Origin: Amphiscolops sp. MND2022
Taxonomy: Eukaryota
Length of the DNA stretch: 64,000 bases
Reading direction: 5' to 3'
Assembly (NCBI GenBank): GCA_964187785.1
Contig: OZ076409.1
Location: forward strand, 59,832,001 to 59,896,000
In this document: positions 26,532 to 39,859 of the stretch, in pieces
Layout of the letters: each line of letters opens with the position of its first letter
Numbering within the stretch: position 1 is the stretch's first letter
The notes under the pieces: generated by a model
Told to the model about the DNA's origin: nothing
Databases searched by the model: none
What the model saw: only the letters and a program-made list of their open reading frames with translations
Made by a program: the position numbers and the translations under genes

Positions 26532-29500
26532 TGTAGTAGCTTAGAGAATTCTAGCTTGAAGGAGTGAAAACAGTAACGGGATGTAATACTGAATTGAATG
26601 ACGTATCTTGTGTATGTGGCTATATTTGTGATTTTGCCACTTTGGCATATTTTGGCAGGTTGTTGTTAATAAACTATTTTCTCACAACTTTATTTACACA
26701 AATGAAGGTGACAACATAGCGCTCTACCACACTTCCCTCTCTATTAGGAAAAAAGGGGGAACAATTGTACATTTACCAATTTCACTCAATTGTAATTTTT
26801 TTGACATCAGTATTCAATCAGATTACACTGCACTAATTTTAAGTAATAGCAACATAAAGGTTTGACTTGTGGTTTTATACATTACACAACTCGTTTACAC
26901 TAACACGGTAACTGGTTAATAACAACACAAATTAACAAAGTTTTTAAAAGCGGTTTTCCTTTAGGAGGTTTCTTCTCCTTGGCGAGGGAATGGGGGTTTT
27001 TATTTCGAAGACACTTGGCAGTGTTTCATCTTCTTCATCATTGGACTCTCTTTCTACTTTAGTCATCATCACATTGTTTCCCCATCTATCTGGTTTCTTC
27101 GTTGTTCGCTCTGAGGCTCTACGTTCTGAGGCTTTCTTCTCCCATTTCACGGTTCCTTTCACAGGAATTTTTGGTGGTTCATTTATTTGGTCTTCGTTTG
27201 TTTCTTCGTCTTCATTTTGTGGTTGATTCGGGGGTTGCTTTCTATTTCTTCCTTTTGTACAGACATTGTGTTTTGAATCATGGTTTGGGTCTCTTCTTGT
27301 TGATCACTATCCTCGTCCGTTGCTTCTTTAGTATTTACAGCTTTATTTACAATTTTGCTTTTTGGCAGGTCTCGATTTTCTAAACCTCTTTTCTTTTGGC
27401 GTCTTTTGTCCTTTACTGTCTCGCTTGCTATTTTGTTGTGTGTTGGCATTTTGCTGTGTGTTGGCATTTTGCTGGAACTTGGCATTTCCCCGTTGTTTGC
27501 CACATCTCTCTTTGAATTTGTTTTTGTGCCCTTGCTTCCTTTCGGCATTGTTGTTATTGTGTGGTTTGATTGCTTTATAACCTTTCCGCGCACTTTCTTG
27601 AATGCCCCCTGCGACTTTGTTCCTCGGATTCTTTCTCGAACAAAGGTTGTGGAGTCGAGCTCGTCGCTGAATTCCTCGGGCTCTATCTTGATTTTTGGTC
27701 TTGCTCTAAAATAACATTTTTCAATGATTCGCGATTTCAAAGTGTTTGGACTTCTGCCGTTTTGTCTTACGAATGCCGACTTTCCGTCACTTCCCTTTTC
27801 TGATCTTAGTGCAAATAAGATGTTTGATATTCCACTCTTATCTTTCGACACTAGGATGATTTTGTTCGTTCTCAATCTTTCGTTTATTGTGCGTATCATT
27901 CTTTCAACTTTCCCGTTTCCTCTGTGATCTCTTACCGGAAAAATTACATGGTCTATAAAGTTTTCTTTGCAAAATTGTTTGACTTTCTCGCTTTTAAATG
28001 CCGTTCCGGGATCTGTCCGGATTCTTTTTGGTATTCCATTTTTTGACATATATTCTAATAAAAATTCAATTACTTTTTCAGTGTTAGGGTTTTGTAGAAA
28101 CATTGCGTCAGGCCATCCTGAATTGTTATCTACGGACAGTAGTAAATACTTTTCTTGCTATTTACATTTTGAAACGGTCCCGCGAAGTCTTTGGAAATTT
28201 CTTCATTTGGTTCGGATGCCTCTGGTATCTTTCCAAACTCGTTTTGTGATTTTAAGCATTTTAAATTCTTACCTGCTAATTGGCATTCTTGACAGTTTCG
28301 CGCCTTCTCAACTATCTCCTTGTGAATGCGGGGCCACCAAAAATCTGATGCTTCTCTTAACATAGAGTCCCTTCCCGCATGGCCGTAATGAATTGCCCGT
28401 AAAATGTTTTCGCTCAAATCTTTAGGTATGACGAGACGGTTATCCATAGAAAGGAGGCCGTTTGGGTCGACCGCGAAGGAATTAAATCTTTCACTCCAAG
28501 GAGGGGGAAGGCGGGCAGTAACAGCATTATTCCTGTTTTGGACTAATTGGATAACGTTTTGGATTGTACGGTCATATTCCGCGTTCGCTTTTATGTAATC
28601 GTGGCTGATTTTGGAATTTGATAGGTCTTTGAATTTTGCCATTGTTTCACTAATTGGCGTCTTAGCGACTTCTTTTCTCACTTTAATTGTTTGCGTAGGC
28701 TCATGAACTGTCAACACGCTGCTTGCGTTCGTCTGTTTCACTTTCTCGCTTTCTCGCATTTTGATTGGCTTACGTTGATCTGCCAATCGTGGTAGTTTTG
28801 GTAAAATTTCGTCCACTACATTAATAGTAAACCAATCATTAAATAACTCTTGATAGATAATCTGCCATTCCTAGCGTTCTACCAGGAGTATGTACAATTG
28901 AAAATTCAAAAGGCAAAAGTCCATCAACCCAACGCGTTAGTCGACTAGAGTATGCTTTGTTTCCTTTGTTCGACTTTATGACACTTTGTAACGCTTTATG
29001 ATCAGAAACTATTCCGAAAGAAACCCCATATACATAATTTTTGTATACGGACCAAAATGTCCAATGTTCTACGGACCAAACTACAGCTAATAATTCTAAT
29101 TCGTTTGTTGAATATTCGGCCTCTAATTCCGTTAAAAATCTAGACACATACGAAATTGGTTTGCATTTGTTTTCATCGCACTGTTGTAAGACCACCCTAG
29201 CCCATTTTTGCTCGCGTAGCAAATTTTTCTTAGCGGTCTGTTTCGTTTAAAATGCGTTTCGGCCAAATTCTTTACTTCTCTATTTACTTAAGAAACGCCT
29301 TTTCATGATCATCGTTCCCATTCCACGTTGCATCCTTCTTTAGAATTGAACGAAAAGGCGAGCAAATTACTGCAAGATCTAGAATGAATTTTTTGAATTG
29401 ATTCACTGCGCCCAGAAAGGACCTCAATTCTTTCAAATTAGTTGGTCTTAGTTTTTCTGTAATTCCCTGCTTTTTTGTATTATTGGCAAAATTCCCTTTT

Positions 29501-31185
29501 CTGTCAAATTGAAGCCTAGCCACTCTATTTCGTTCTTTGCAAATGTGCATTTTCCCGCTTTTAATTGTACTTCTGCTTGGTCGAGCGATTTCAAAAATTC
29601 CCGCAGTTTATCTAAATGTTCGACCTTGGTTCCTTTAGTTACAATTAAAATATCGTCTATGAATACAAATACTTCTCTAAATTTAGCTAAAAAAATGTCC
29701 ATTACTTTTTGAAATTCTGTCGGCATAACTGACAGACCAATAAATCCCGTTACGAATCTGTATGTACCTGTTGACTCACCTCCAATTATTTGAAAATTAC
29801 AGTGTTTGGCATTTAATAGATGCAAGGGAACGTGACCGTATGCGTAGGTCTAATCAACCGATAAAAACCATGCCTCTCCTTTTTCTGTATCTAATTTTCT
29901 AGTTTTCTCTAGTTTTCTCTTTTTTTCTGCCACCATATCAAGTAAATTTTCCAAATTCGGCATTTGGTATTTATCTTTTTCAATTGCTTGGTTAAGGGCT
30001 CTTGCATCTAGCGCAATTTTTACCGAACGATCCTTTTTCACAGTCATTACTGTTGGTTGAATGAAAACGTCATCCGTTATTTCGTTAATTTGTTCGGCCA
30101 TATTTATTTCGAAATATGGCTTTCTTTCAACAATCTACTTATTTCCTCATCTACGGCCTTTTGCAACTGAATAGGGATTCTTCTCCCTTTTTGTTGTGTT
30201 ATTTTCGCCCCGGGTTTGAAATTTATCCGAACTTGGTGATTTTTTATCTAGCCTTTCCTTTCGAAAAGTTTTGGAAATTCTTTCACGAATTGTTTAGTTT
30301 CTGCTCTTAGTTCACTTTCTTTATCTACTACATTTACTTCCAACTCACCTTCTGGGACCAGATTGTATCGTACAGTTGATAGCTCTTCTCTACCAATGAT
30401 CGACTTTGTTCCGTTTTTTGCAATGAGGATTCTGGCTTTCTTTATGCATTTGCCATTCACTTGAAGTTCACAAATTACATATCCCAGTAATTTGAAGGGT
30501 TTTCCATTGAAGTCCACGTATCGTTCGTTTTTGATCATTGGGCGTACTTGTAATTTTTCTCTTTTCATTATTTGTTTTATTTCATCCAATTCAAAGATGG
30601 TTACTGGGGAGCCAGTGTCTATCATGGTTTTGAATTTATTGGCATTTATAAATCCTTCAATGTAATATTGTTTGGAGGTCTCGCTTTCTGATTCCACTTT
30701 TATTACCAAATAGCCCTCATCGTCCTCTTCGCCACTTTCTTCTGGATCAACTCTTTGCACTCTTTTGCCAATTCATCAACTATTGCCAACCTTTAGGTTA
30801 GACTCCTTTTTCTTCTGGTTGCATACTCTTTCAAGATGTCCCTTTCTCCCGCAGTAATTACCCATGGCATTCGGGGCTTTGCATTTGCACAAGTGATCTA
30901 ATGTAAAAATTCCCTGCCCCACATCTCCAACATTCTCTTTGGTTGTTGCTGCTTACTGCACAGATGGGTTCATCTTTGATTTTCGGGTCTTGACTAATGT
31001 ACCCATAGGACTTCTGTCTTTTTTGACCATCATCGAAGGCAATGGCGAATTGTAGTGCCTCGGCAGGGGTTTCTTTTGGCTCCGTGCATAACTTTTCTTG
31101 GACGTGTTTATTATTCATGTTAAGGACGAAAGTGTCGTGAGCAAACCCTTCTGTTTGATCTCCGAAATCACACCGGGCAGCAAGT
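26532..31185 (-). mobile_element. 5'-truncated duplicate of the Gypsy element (3' LTR 26532-26731, INT, RNase H, RT, protease, part of gag)
   Basis: Matches 32922-37574; breaks at the duplication junction. Confidence 0.9.
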
Positions 31186-31354
31186 GAACAATAGATTAAA
31201 TTGTTCTATCAATTGCAAAACTCGCCAACAACGGCGTCAGAGAAACCTCGAGCTGAACCTCCAGCAGTGATAGGCTTTTAGATACGTATTGAGAAAAAAA
31301 CTAGTGTATGTGTCAGAAAAATCAGTTTTAAAAATCAGAAAGTTTTCCTGTTAC

Positions 31355-31554
31355 CTTGATATCTTTCAGGGGTTTGACAAACGTGACGGGTTTGTTCGAG
31401 AAGACGGACGTGGGTGCCTTCAGCTGCCATTTTGGGATTGGGTTCACTCTGCAGTATGACGTCACACTGCCGGCACTCGATGACGTAATCAGGCATTCGT
31501 ATAGACCCGAGTCGCTCTTCGTGTCGAAGTTGATGATTTGCAACGACACGAATC
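31355..31554 (-). CDS. Duplicate of the 24966-25165 Ig exon (copy 2, inside the tandem duplication)
   Basis: Same sequence and splice sites, offset 6,389 bp. Confidence 0.7.
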
Positions 31555-32921
31555 CTGCAAAGAAAGAAAATTGTCGGAAATAAAACATTTCGAAACCTAC
31601 TTTATACTCAATTTTCTTGATGATGAGTCAATGTTCGTGTCAATTAGAAGGTTCGCGAGTTTGCCTGTCAATTATCTTATCAATGCTACGTCCATGATTC
31701 ATAGTTTGCAAATATTTTTTGATGGATATCTAAAGAACACGGTTTTCAACTTGAAAAACTAATAAAATCCAGCTGACGTCTTCATTATCATGCATTATCT
31801 TGGTTGTTCTAAAATTCTTGGGGTAATTGGTCCGTCAATATTGATGGTAAAATATAGTTTCCCTAGTTCGAAGTTTTTCGAATATCAGCTTTGACTAAGT
31901 GGTTCAATTTCAATTTTATAATTCTTCTGCAAAATCTTTATCAGAATATCGTATACAAACCTATGGTGCTGCCAGTAAGACACACTTGGAAGCAATTAAC
32001 ACAGCCCAAAAAATCCTAATGGCTATTTGCTAAGAAAAATGATCGAAATCTTTGCAACAAAAATTTCGCCACGTTTACGCTTCAACAGCAAATAATTTAC
32101 AGGAATTAACAAGGATTCAAAATAAAAGTTATGTTAGAAAAATCAGTCTATAGTACGTAATAGATATTAAAGAGCTTTTCGCAATGTTTTTCTAAGTTAT
32201 ACAAGTTTTGTTCAATGCTTAACTTGGTTCTCAGGAGCACAACTAGTGGAATCAATATCCTCAACAGAGTCTGTAAGTTTATCATTTGATGAAATAAAAC
32301 TCCTTCTTTTTTCAAGAAAAACGTTTGTTCGGGCGCGGTAAATGTCCGAAGAACTAAATTATTGAAGTTTCGACATCGAAGAGTTGCTAAAGATGGCAAT
32401 CGCTGACCATCTTTTTTTTCGGACGTCATTTCCTCTAGACATTTGTTCAGAAAACGGTTTTTCTCTCGGCTGACGAAAGTATAGAATACTGAATGATGAA
32501 GTGATTCAGTATCAAACTGCGCCTCGATATTTTAGTCGGCGCATTTCGTTGAGGAAAAATGCCCGACTATTACAGTGGCAAGTTTTTTTCGTCAGATAAC
32601 AGAACGTATGCCCTGTGGACTGTTTTTACAGAACTACTAAACTACTGGACTGGCAAGCGGAAACGCATCTTAGTTAGTGCAAAGAGTCCCCTTGCATTTT
32701 TTCCGTTTTTAAGGTAAGATACAGAACCGGCCGAGACGTAGGGTCCCCCTTTGAATTTTTTTGGCATTGTGTGGCTTTTTTCATTTTTCATCTCCAAAGG
32801 GTCCCTTTCAAGTTTTTGTTTATTTTGGCAACAAACTGGAATTTCAAAAGTCTAAAGGGTCTCCCCTTTCACATTTTTCGGCACTTTGAACTGTTTCAAA
32901 TTTTCGAAACTGTTTACTTTT

Positions 32922-35900
32922 TGTAGTAGCTTAGAGAATTCTAGCTTGAAGGAGTGAAAACAGTAACGGGATGTAATACTGAATTGAATGACGTATCTTG
33001 TGTATGTGGCTATATTTGTGATTTTGCCACTTTGGCATATTTTGGCAGGTTGTTGTTAATAAACTATTTTCTCACAACTTTATTTACACAAATGAAGGTG
33101 ACAACATAGCGCTCTACCACACTTCCCTCTCTATTAGGAAAAAAGGGGGAACAATTGTACATTTACCAATTTCACTCAATTGTAATTTTTTTGACATCAG
33201 TATTCAATCAGATTACACTGCACTAATTTTAAGTAATAGCAACATAAAGGTTTGACTTGTGGTTTTATACATTACACAACTCGTTTACACTAACACGGTA
33301 ACTGGTTAATAACAACACAAATTAACAAAGTTTTTAAAAGCGGTTTTCCTTTAGGAGGTTTCTTCTCCTTGGCGAGGGAATGGGGTTTTTATTTCGAAGA
33401 CACTTGGCAGTGTTTCATCTTCTTCATCATTGGACTCTCTTTCTACTTTAGTCATCATCACATTGTTTCCCCATCTATCTGGTTTCTTCGTTGTTCGCTC
33501 TGAGGCTCTACGTTCTGAGGCTTTCTTCTCCCATTTCACGGTTCCTTTCACAGGAATTTTTGGTGGTTCATTTATTTGGTCTTCGTTTGTTTCTTCGTCT
33601 TCATTTTGTGGTTGATTCGGGGGTTGCTTTCTATTTCTTCCTTTTGTACAGACATTGTGTTTTGAATCATGGTTTGGGTCTCTTCTTGTTGATCACTATC
33701 CTCGTCCGTTGCTTCTTTAGTATTTACAGCTTTATTTACAATTTTGCTTTTTGGCAGGTCTCGATTTTCTAAACCTCTTTTCTTTTGGCGTCTTTTGTCC
33801 TTTACTGTCTCGCTTGCTATTTTGTTGTGTGTTGGCATTTTGCTGTGTGTTGGCATTTTGCTGGAACTTGGCATTTCCCCGTTGTTTGCCACATCTCTCT
33901 TTGAATTTGTTTTTGTGCCCTTGCTTCCTTTCGGCATTGTTGTTATTGTGTGGTTTGATTGCTTTATAACCTTTCCGCGCACTTTCTTGAATGCCCCCTG
34001 CGACTTTGTTCCTCGGATTCTTTCTCGAACAAAGGTTGTGGAGTCGAGCTCGTCGCTGAATTCCTCGGGCTCTATCTTGATTTTTGGTCTTGCTCTAAAA
34101 TAACATTTTTCAATGATTCGCGATTTCAAAGTGTTTGGACTTCTGCCGTTTTGTCTTACGAATGCCGACTTTCCGTCACTTCCCTTTTCTGATCTTAGTG
34201 CAAATAAGATGTTTGATATTCCACTCTTATCTTTCGACACTAGGATGATTTTGTTCGTTCTCAATCTTTCGTTTATTGTGCGTATCATTCTTTCAACTTT
34301 CCCGTTTCCTCTGTGATCTCTTACCGGAAAAATTACATGGTCTATAAAGTTTTCTTTGCAAAATTGTTTGACTTTCTCGCTTTTAAATGCCGTTCCGGGA
34401 TCTGTCCGGATTCTTTTTGGTATTCCATTTTTTGACATATATTCTAATAAAAATTCAATTACTTTTTCAGTGTTAGGGTTTTGTAGAAACATTGCGTCAG
34501 GCCATCCTGAATTGTTATCTACGGACAGTAGTAAATACTTTTCTTGCTATTTACATTTTGAAACGGTCCCGCGAAGTCTTTGGAAATTTCTTCATTTGGT
34601 TCGGATGCCTCTGGTATCTTTCCAAACTCGTTTTGTGATTTTAAGCATTTTAAATTCTTACCTGCTAATTGGCATTCTTGACAGTTTCGCGCCTTCTCAA
34701 CTATCTCCTTGTGAATGCGGGGCCACCAAAAATCTGATGCTTCTCTTAACATAGAGTCCCTTCCCGCATGGCCGTAATGAATTGCCCGTAAAATGTTTTC
34801 GCTCAAATCTTTAGGTATGACGAGACGGTTATCCATAGAAAGGAGGCCGTTTGGGTCGACCGCGAAGGAATTAAATCTTTCACTCCAAGGAGGGGGAAGG
34901 CGGGCAGTAACAGCATTATTCCTGTTTTGGACTAATTGGATAACGTTTTGGATTGTACGGTCATATTCCGCGTTCGCTTTTATGTAATCGTGGCTGATTT
35001 TGGAATTTGATAGGTCTTTGAATTTTGCCATTGTTTCACTAATTGGCGTCTTAGCGACTTCTTTTCTCACTTTAATTGTTTGCGTAGGCTCATGAACTGT
35101 CAACACGCTGCTTGCGTTCGTCTGTTTCACTTTCTCGCTTTCTCGCATTTTGATTGGCTTACGTTGATCTGCCAATCGTGGTAGTTTTGGTAAAATTTCG
35201 TCCACTACATTAATAGTAAACCAATCATTAAATAACTCTTGATAGATAATCTGCCATTCCTAGCGTTCTACCAGGAGTATGTACAATTGAAAATTCAAAA
35301 GGCAAAAGTCCATCAACCCAACGCGTTAGTCGACTAGAGTATGCTTTGTTTCCTTTGTTCGACTTTATGACACTTTGTAACGCTTTATGATCAGAAACTA
35401 TTCCGAAAGAAACCCCATATACATAATTTTTGTATACGGACCAAAATGTCCAATGTTCTACGGACCAAACTACAGCTAATAATTCTAATTCGTTTGTTGA
35501 ATATTCGGCCTCTAATTCCGTTAAAAATCTAGACACATACGAAATTGGTTTGCATTTGTTTTCATCGCACTGTTGTAAGACCACCCTAGCCCATTTTTGC
35601 TCGCGTAGCAAATTTTTCTTAGCGGTCTGTTTCGTTTAAAATGCGTTTCGGCCAAATTCTTTACTTCTCTATTTACTTAAGAAACGCCTTTTCATGATCA
35701 TCGTTCCCATTCCACGTTGCATCCTTCTTTAGAATTGAACGAAAAGGCGAGCAAATTACTGCAAGATCTAGAATGAATTTTTTGAATTGATTCACTGCGC
35801 CCAGAAAGGACCTCAATTCTTTCAAATTAGTTGGTCTTAGTTTTTCTGTAATTCCCTGCTTTTTTGTATTATTGGCAAAATTCCCTTTTCTGTCAAATTG

Positions 35901-38239
35901 AAGCCTAGCCACTCTATTTCGTTCTTTGCAAATGTGCATTTTCCCGCTTTTAATTGTACTTCTGCTTGGTCGAGCGATTTCAAAAATTCCCGCAGTTTAT
36001 CTAAATGTTCGACCTTGGTTCCTTTAGTTACAATTAAAATATCGTCTATGAATACAAATACTTCTCTAAATTTAGCTAAAAAAATGTCCATTACTTTTTG
36101 AAATTCTGTCGGCATAACTGACAGACCAATAAATCCCGTTACGAATCTGTATGTACCTGTTGACTCACCTCCAATTATTTGAAAATTACAGTGTTTGGCA
36201 TTTAATAGATGCAAGGGAACGTGACCGTATGCGTAGGTCTAATCAACCGATAAAAACCATGCCTCTCCTTTTTCTGTATCTAATTTTCTAGTTTTCTCTA
36301 GTTTTCTCTTTTTTTCTGCCACCATATCAAGTAAATTTTCCAAATTCGGCATTTGGTATTTATCTTTTTCAATTGCTTGGTTAAGGGCTCTTGCATCTAG
36401 CGCAATTTTTACCGAACGATCCTTTTTCACAGTCATTACTGTTGGTTGAATGAAAACGTCATCCGTTATTTCGTTAATTTGTTCGGCCATATTTATTTCG
36501 AAATATGGCTTTCTTTCAACAATCTACTTATTTCCTCATCTACGGCCTTTTGCAACTGAATAGGGATTCTTCTCCCTTTTTGTTGTGTTATTTTCGCCCC
36601 GGGTTTGAAATTTATCCGAACTTGGTGATTTTTTATCTAGCCTTTCCTTTCGAAAAGTTTTGGAAATTCTTTCACGAATTGTTTAGTTTCTGCTCTTAGT
36701 TCACTTTCTTTATCTACTACATTTACTTCCAACTCACCTTCTGGGACCAGATTGTATCGTACAGTTGATAGCTCTTCTCTACCAATGATCGACTTTGTTC
36801 CGTTTTTTGCAATGAGGATTCTGGCTTTCTTTATGCATTTGCCATTCACTTGAAGTTCACAAATTACATATCCCAGTAATTTGAAGGGTTTTCCATTGAA
36901 GTCCACGTATCGTTCGTTTTTGATCATTGGGCGTACTTGTAATTTTTCTCTTTTCATTATTTGTTTTATTTCATCCAATTCAAAGATGGTTACTGGGGAG
37001 CCAGTGTCTATCATGGTTTTGAATTTATTGGCATTTATAAATCCTTCAATGTAATATTGTTTGGAGGTCTCGCTTTCTGATTCCACTTTTATTACCAAAT
37101 AGCCCTCATCGTCCTCTTCGCCACTTTCTTCTGGATCAACTCTTTGCACTCTTTTGCCAATTCATCAACTATTGCCAACCTTTAGGTTAGACTCCTTTTT
37201 CTTCTGGTTGCATACTCTTTCAAGATGTCCCTTTCTCCCGCAGTAATTACCCATGGCATTCGGGGCTTTGCATTTGCACAAGTGATCTAATGTAAAAATT
37301 CCCTGCCCCACATCTCCAACATTCTCTTTGGTTGTTGCTGCTTACTGCACAGATGGGTTCATCTTTGATTTTCGGGTCTTGACTAATGTACCCATAGGAC
37401 TTCTGTCTTTTTTGACCATCATCGAAGGCAATGGCGAATTGTAGTGCCTCGGCAGGGGTTTCTTTTGGCTCCGTGCATAACTTTTCTTGGACGTGTTTAT
37501 TATTCATGTTAAGGACGAAAGTGTCGTGAGCAAACCCTTCTGTTTGATCTCCGAAATCACACCGGGCAGCAAGTCCGTTCAGTGCATTCCAAAATTGATG
37601 TAGTGTTTCCGTGGATTTTTGTTTTCTCGAGAGAAAAATATGTCTATCCAAAATCCGGTTTCTACGTGTCTGGAAACATTCTGTGCAGTTTTGCACCACA
37701 TTTTGTAGCTCGATTAGCAGAATGTTGATGTTCGGGAATTTATCCATCAGCATCTTTCTTCCTGTTTTTCCCAATGGATGAGTACAATTAAACTTACTAG
37801 TTTTCTTTTTGCAGGTATGTCGTCCAGATTTCCCATCATGGCAGCATTTCTTGGGTTTTGTTGGTCAGCCACTCGCAGAAGTTCGGTCATTGAGATTGAG
37901 TGCTTAGCTAAAACATCAACCTCAAATAGCTGGACCCACTGTTCCCAATCGTAGCCTGATGGGTTTTCTGCTTCTTGCCAGAAGTAACTGAGACCCGGGA
38001 GGGCTGAATTTGAATTGTCTTCTTCAGCTCGCAGCGCCATGTAGTAGCTTAGAGAATTCTAGCTTGAAGGAGTGAAAACAGTAACAGGATGTTATACTGA
38101 ATTGAATGACGTATCTTGTGTATGTGGCTATTTTTGTGATTTTGCCACTTTGGCATATTTTGGCAGGTTGTTGTTAATTAACTATTTTCTCACAACTTTA
38201 TTTACACAAGTGAAGGTGACAATATAGCCCTCTACCACA
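32922..38239 (-). mobile_element. Full-length but frameshifted Ty3/Gypsy LTR retrotransposon (Mag-like)
   Basis: 200-bp LTRs at 32922-33121 and 38040-38239 (about 7 mismatches); TSD CTTTT; PBS TGGCGCTGCGAGC (tRNA-Ser-like); PPT AGAGAGGGAAG; gag with two Zn-knuckle-like motifs, protease MIDTGS, RT FIDDIL, RNase H ELELLAVVW/SDHKAL, integrase HYGHAG..CQEC, DFAGP, RTDPG, NGKVER, in PR-RT-RH-INT order. Confidence 0.95.
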
Positions 38240-38918
38240 CTTTTACTTCGTACTTTTCTCTTGCAATAGTTCCATCAGCGATCACTGTTTCCTGCGCTTC
38301 GAAGTGATGAAAATACTCTTCAGCTAGTAAACAAAGTGCACCGTTAACTTGTTCTCGTATGGTAAATATTATAAATGGAGTCACCGCGTATAGTTAAGTA
38401 CAAAAATACAGGCCCCTTTGAGTGCTCTAAACTTTTTTGTACCCACAAGCTGCTGCTTCGAATTTGGAGTTGGAGTTCCAAAAAGGGCACAATTTTCTGG
38501 GCAATATAAAAATCACAAAATCATTTGGAAGAATTCTTAGACTCGAGCAGTTTCCGTTGATTATCTTGAATGAGTGGAAAGCAAAATGATGGAGATTTTC
38601 AGACCGTTGGTTTTTATTTGCTCCGTATGGAAAAGGAAACATATTCTCAACCGCGTCTTTGCCCAAATTTGATGTTACAATTTTATACTCAAAAAAAGGT
38701 TTTCTGGAAAAAAAAGAACGTAAAATATTAGATGCAACAAATTGCCCCAAATAGCGCAACAAAGAGATTTATAGATTTTCAAACCAAATAGACCATTTTG
38801 TGCCATTTTGATATGGTTTCGCGGGTTTGAATATCCACAGAGTTGAAGGGAAAACCATTTGGCAACATAATATAGTGTATATAGCAAAATTTGAAGAATT
38901 TGAGTTTGACGATCCTAA

Positions 38919-39664
38919 TGTAACGTCCGGCAGTCGGCGTTGCAGAAGTTTTTGAAAATTTCGATCAAAAATTCGAAATGTGCGACATCAAACAAGCACA
39001 TTCAAGATGGCCGACCCGGCAGGTACGAAAACCGTAGAGGAAGCAAAAAAAAAGGCAAAACACGCCCAGAGAAGGACCCAACCCACCACCCAGGAACGAG
39101 AATGTCCGAGATGTCATCACCCAGAAGGCGTGAGAATCAGGAATTCGGCCATCTGACAGCAAAAAGACAGGGTTTTGGCAGAAAAGTGCCAAATGAGACC
39201 ATTGTGCCCCGATGATGCCAGAGGCAGGAAGCCGATGATCGCCACCGAACTGTAACTGTATACTTTATTGGGGCCTATCCCCACCTACTTTGACTGTTTA
39301 TAGCGTATTTGGATAATGTTTGACCTACTAGGGCCTCATTTTAGTCCTTATTCACCAATATAATGTATTTCAGCTAGACACCTTTTTGGACCTCGGAAGT
39401 ATGTGGGAGATAGCAGGAACGCGCTAAAAACCTTAGGATTTGTTTTTACAGGCTTGTGGGGCGTGTCCGGACTTTGAGAGTGCCGGCACGTCGCCTCGGA
39501 GCTCTAACTAGAGGAGCCTCCTTAGACGTTAGAAAAGTCCCCCTTGGAGACCATTTTGGGATCAAAAACTAGTGTCTAGGTATGTAGTAAGACAACGGTC
39601 TCCTGTTTAAGCATCCTAGGCATTGTCCCTCTTCCTAGATGTGCGTCGCTAGCCGGACGTTACA
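38919..39664. mobile_element. Solo-LTR-like element (746 bp), TGTAACGTCCGGC...GCCGGACGTTACA, flanked by TAA/TAA
   Basis: 13-bp terminal inverted repeats with TG..CA ends; GC-richer than flanks; no coding capacity. Confidence 0.75.
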
Positions 39665-39859
39665 TAACATGAACCTAAAATTTGAATTTTTAAACGTTTC
39701 GTGCAAGGCTTGTAGTCTACTGGCACAGTAGTCTTTCCAGCACATTTAAACAGTATTGCGGTCTGCACTAAGTTATTTTTTAAAACCACTCAAGACAATA
39801 AAATATTTTATTTCCATGATACCTAATAATTGAAAATTGTCGGGACAAAAAATTCATTT

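Larger units (their letters stand above)
24805..37574. repeat. Near-identical tandem duplication (24805-31185 and 31194-37574), offset 6,389 bp, with an 8-bp junction filler
   Basis: All ORFs repeat at +6,389; the only differences noticed are homopolymer lengths (T-run at about 26023 vs 32412; G-run at about 26992 vs 33382). Confidence 0.95.

Noticed and set aside
27102..28598. Hydrophobic, membrane-protein-looking plus-strand ORFs (also 33491-34987)
   Set aside because: Antisense to the Lys/Glu-rich Gypsy integrase and its tail.
38919..39664. PIF/Harbinger MITE, suggested by the TAA duplication
   Set aside because: TG...CA termini match the LTRs at 46544/55137, whose duplication is AAC rather than TWA; a solo LTR fits better, though Harbinger is not excluded.
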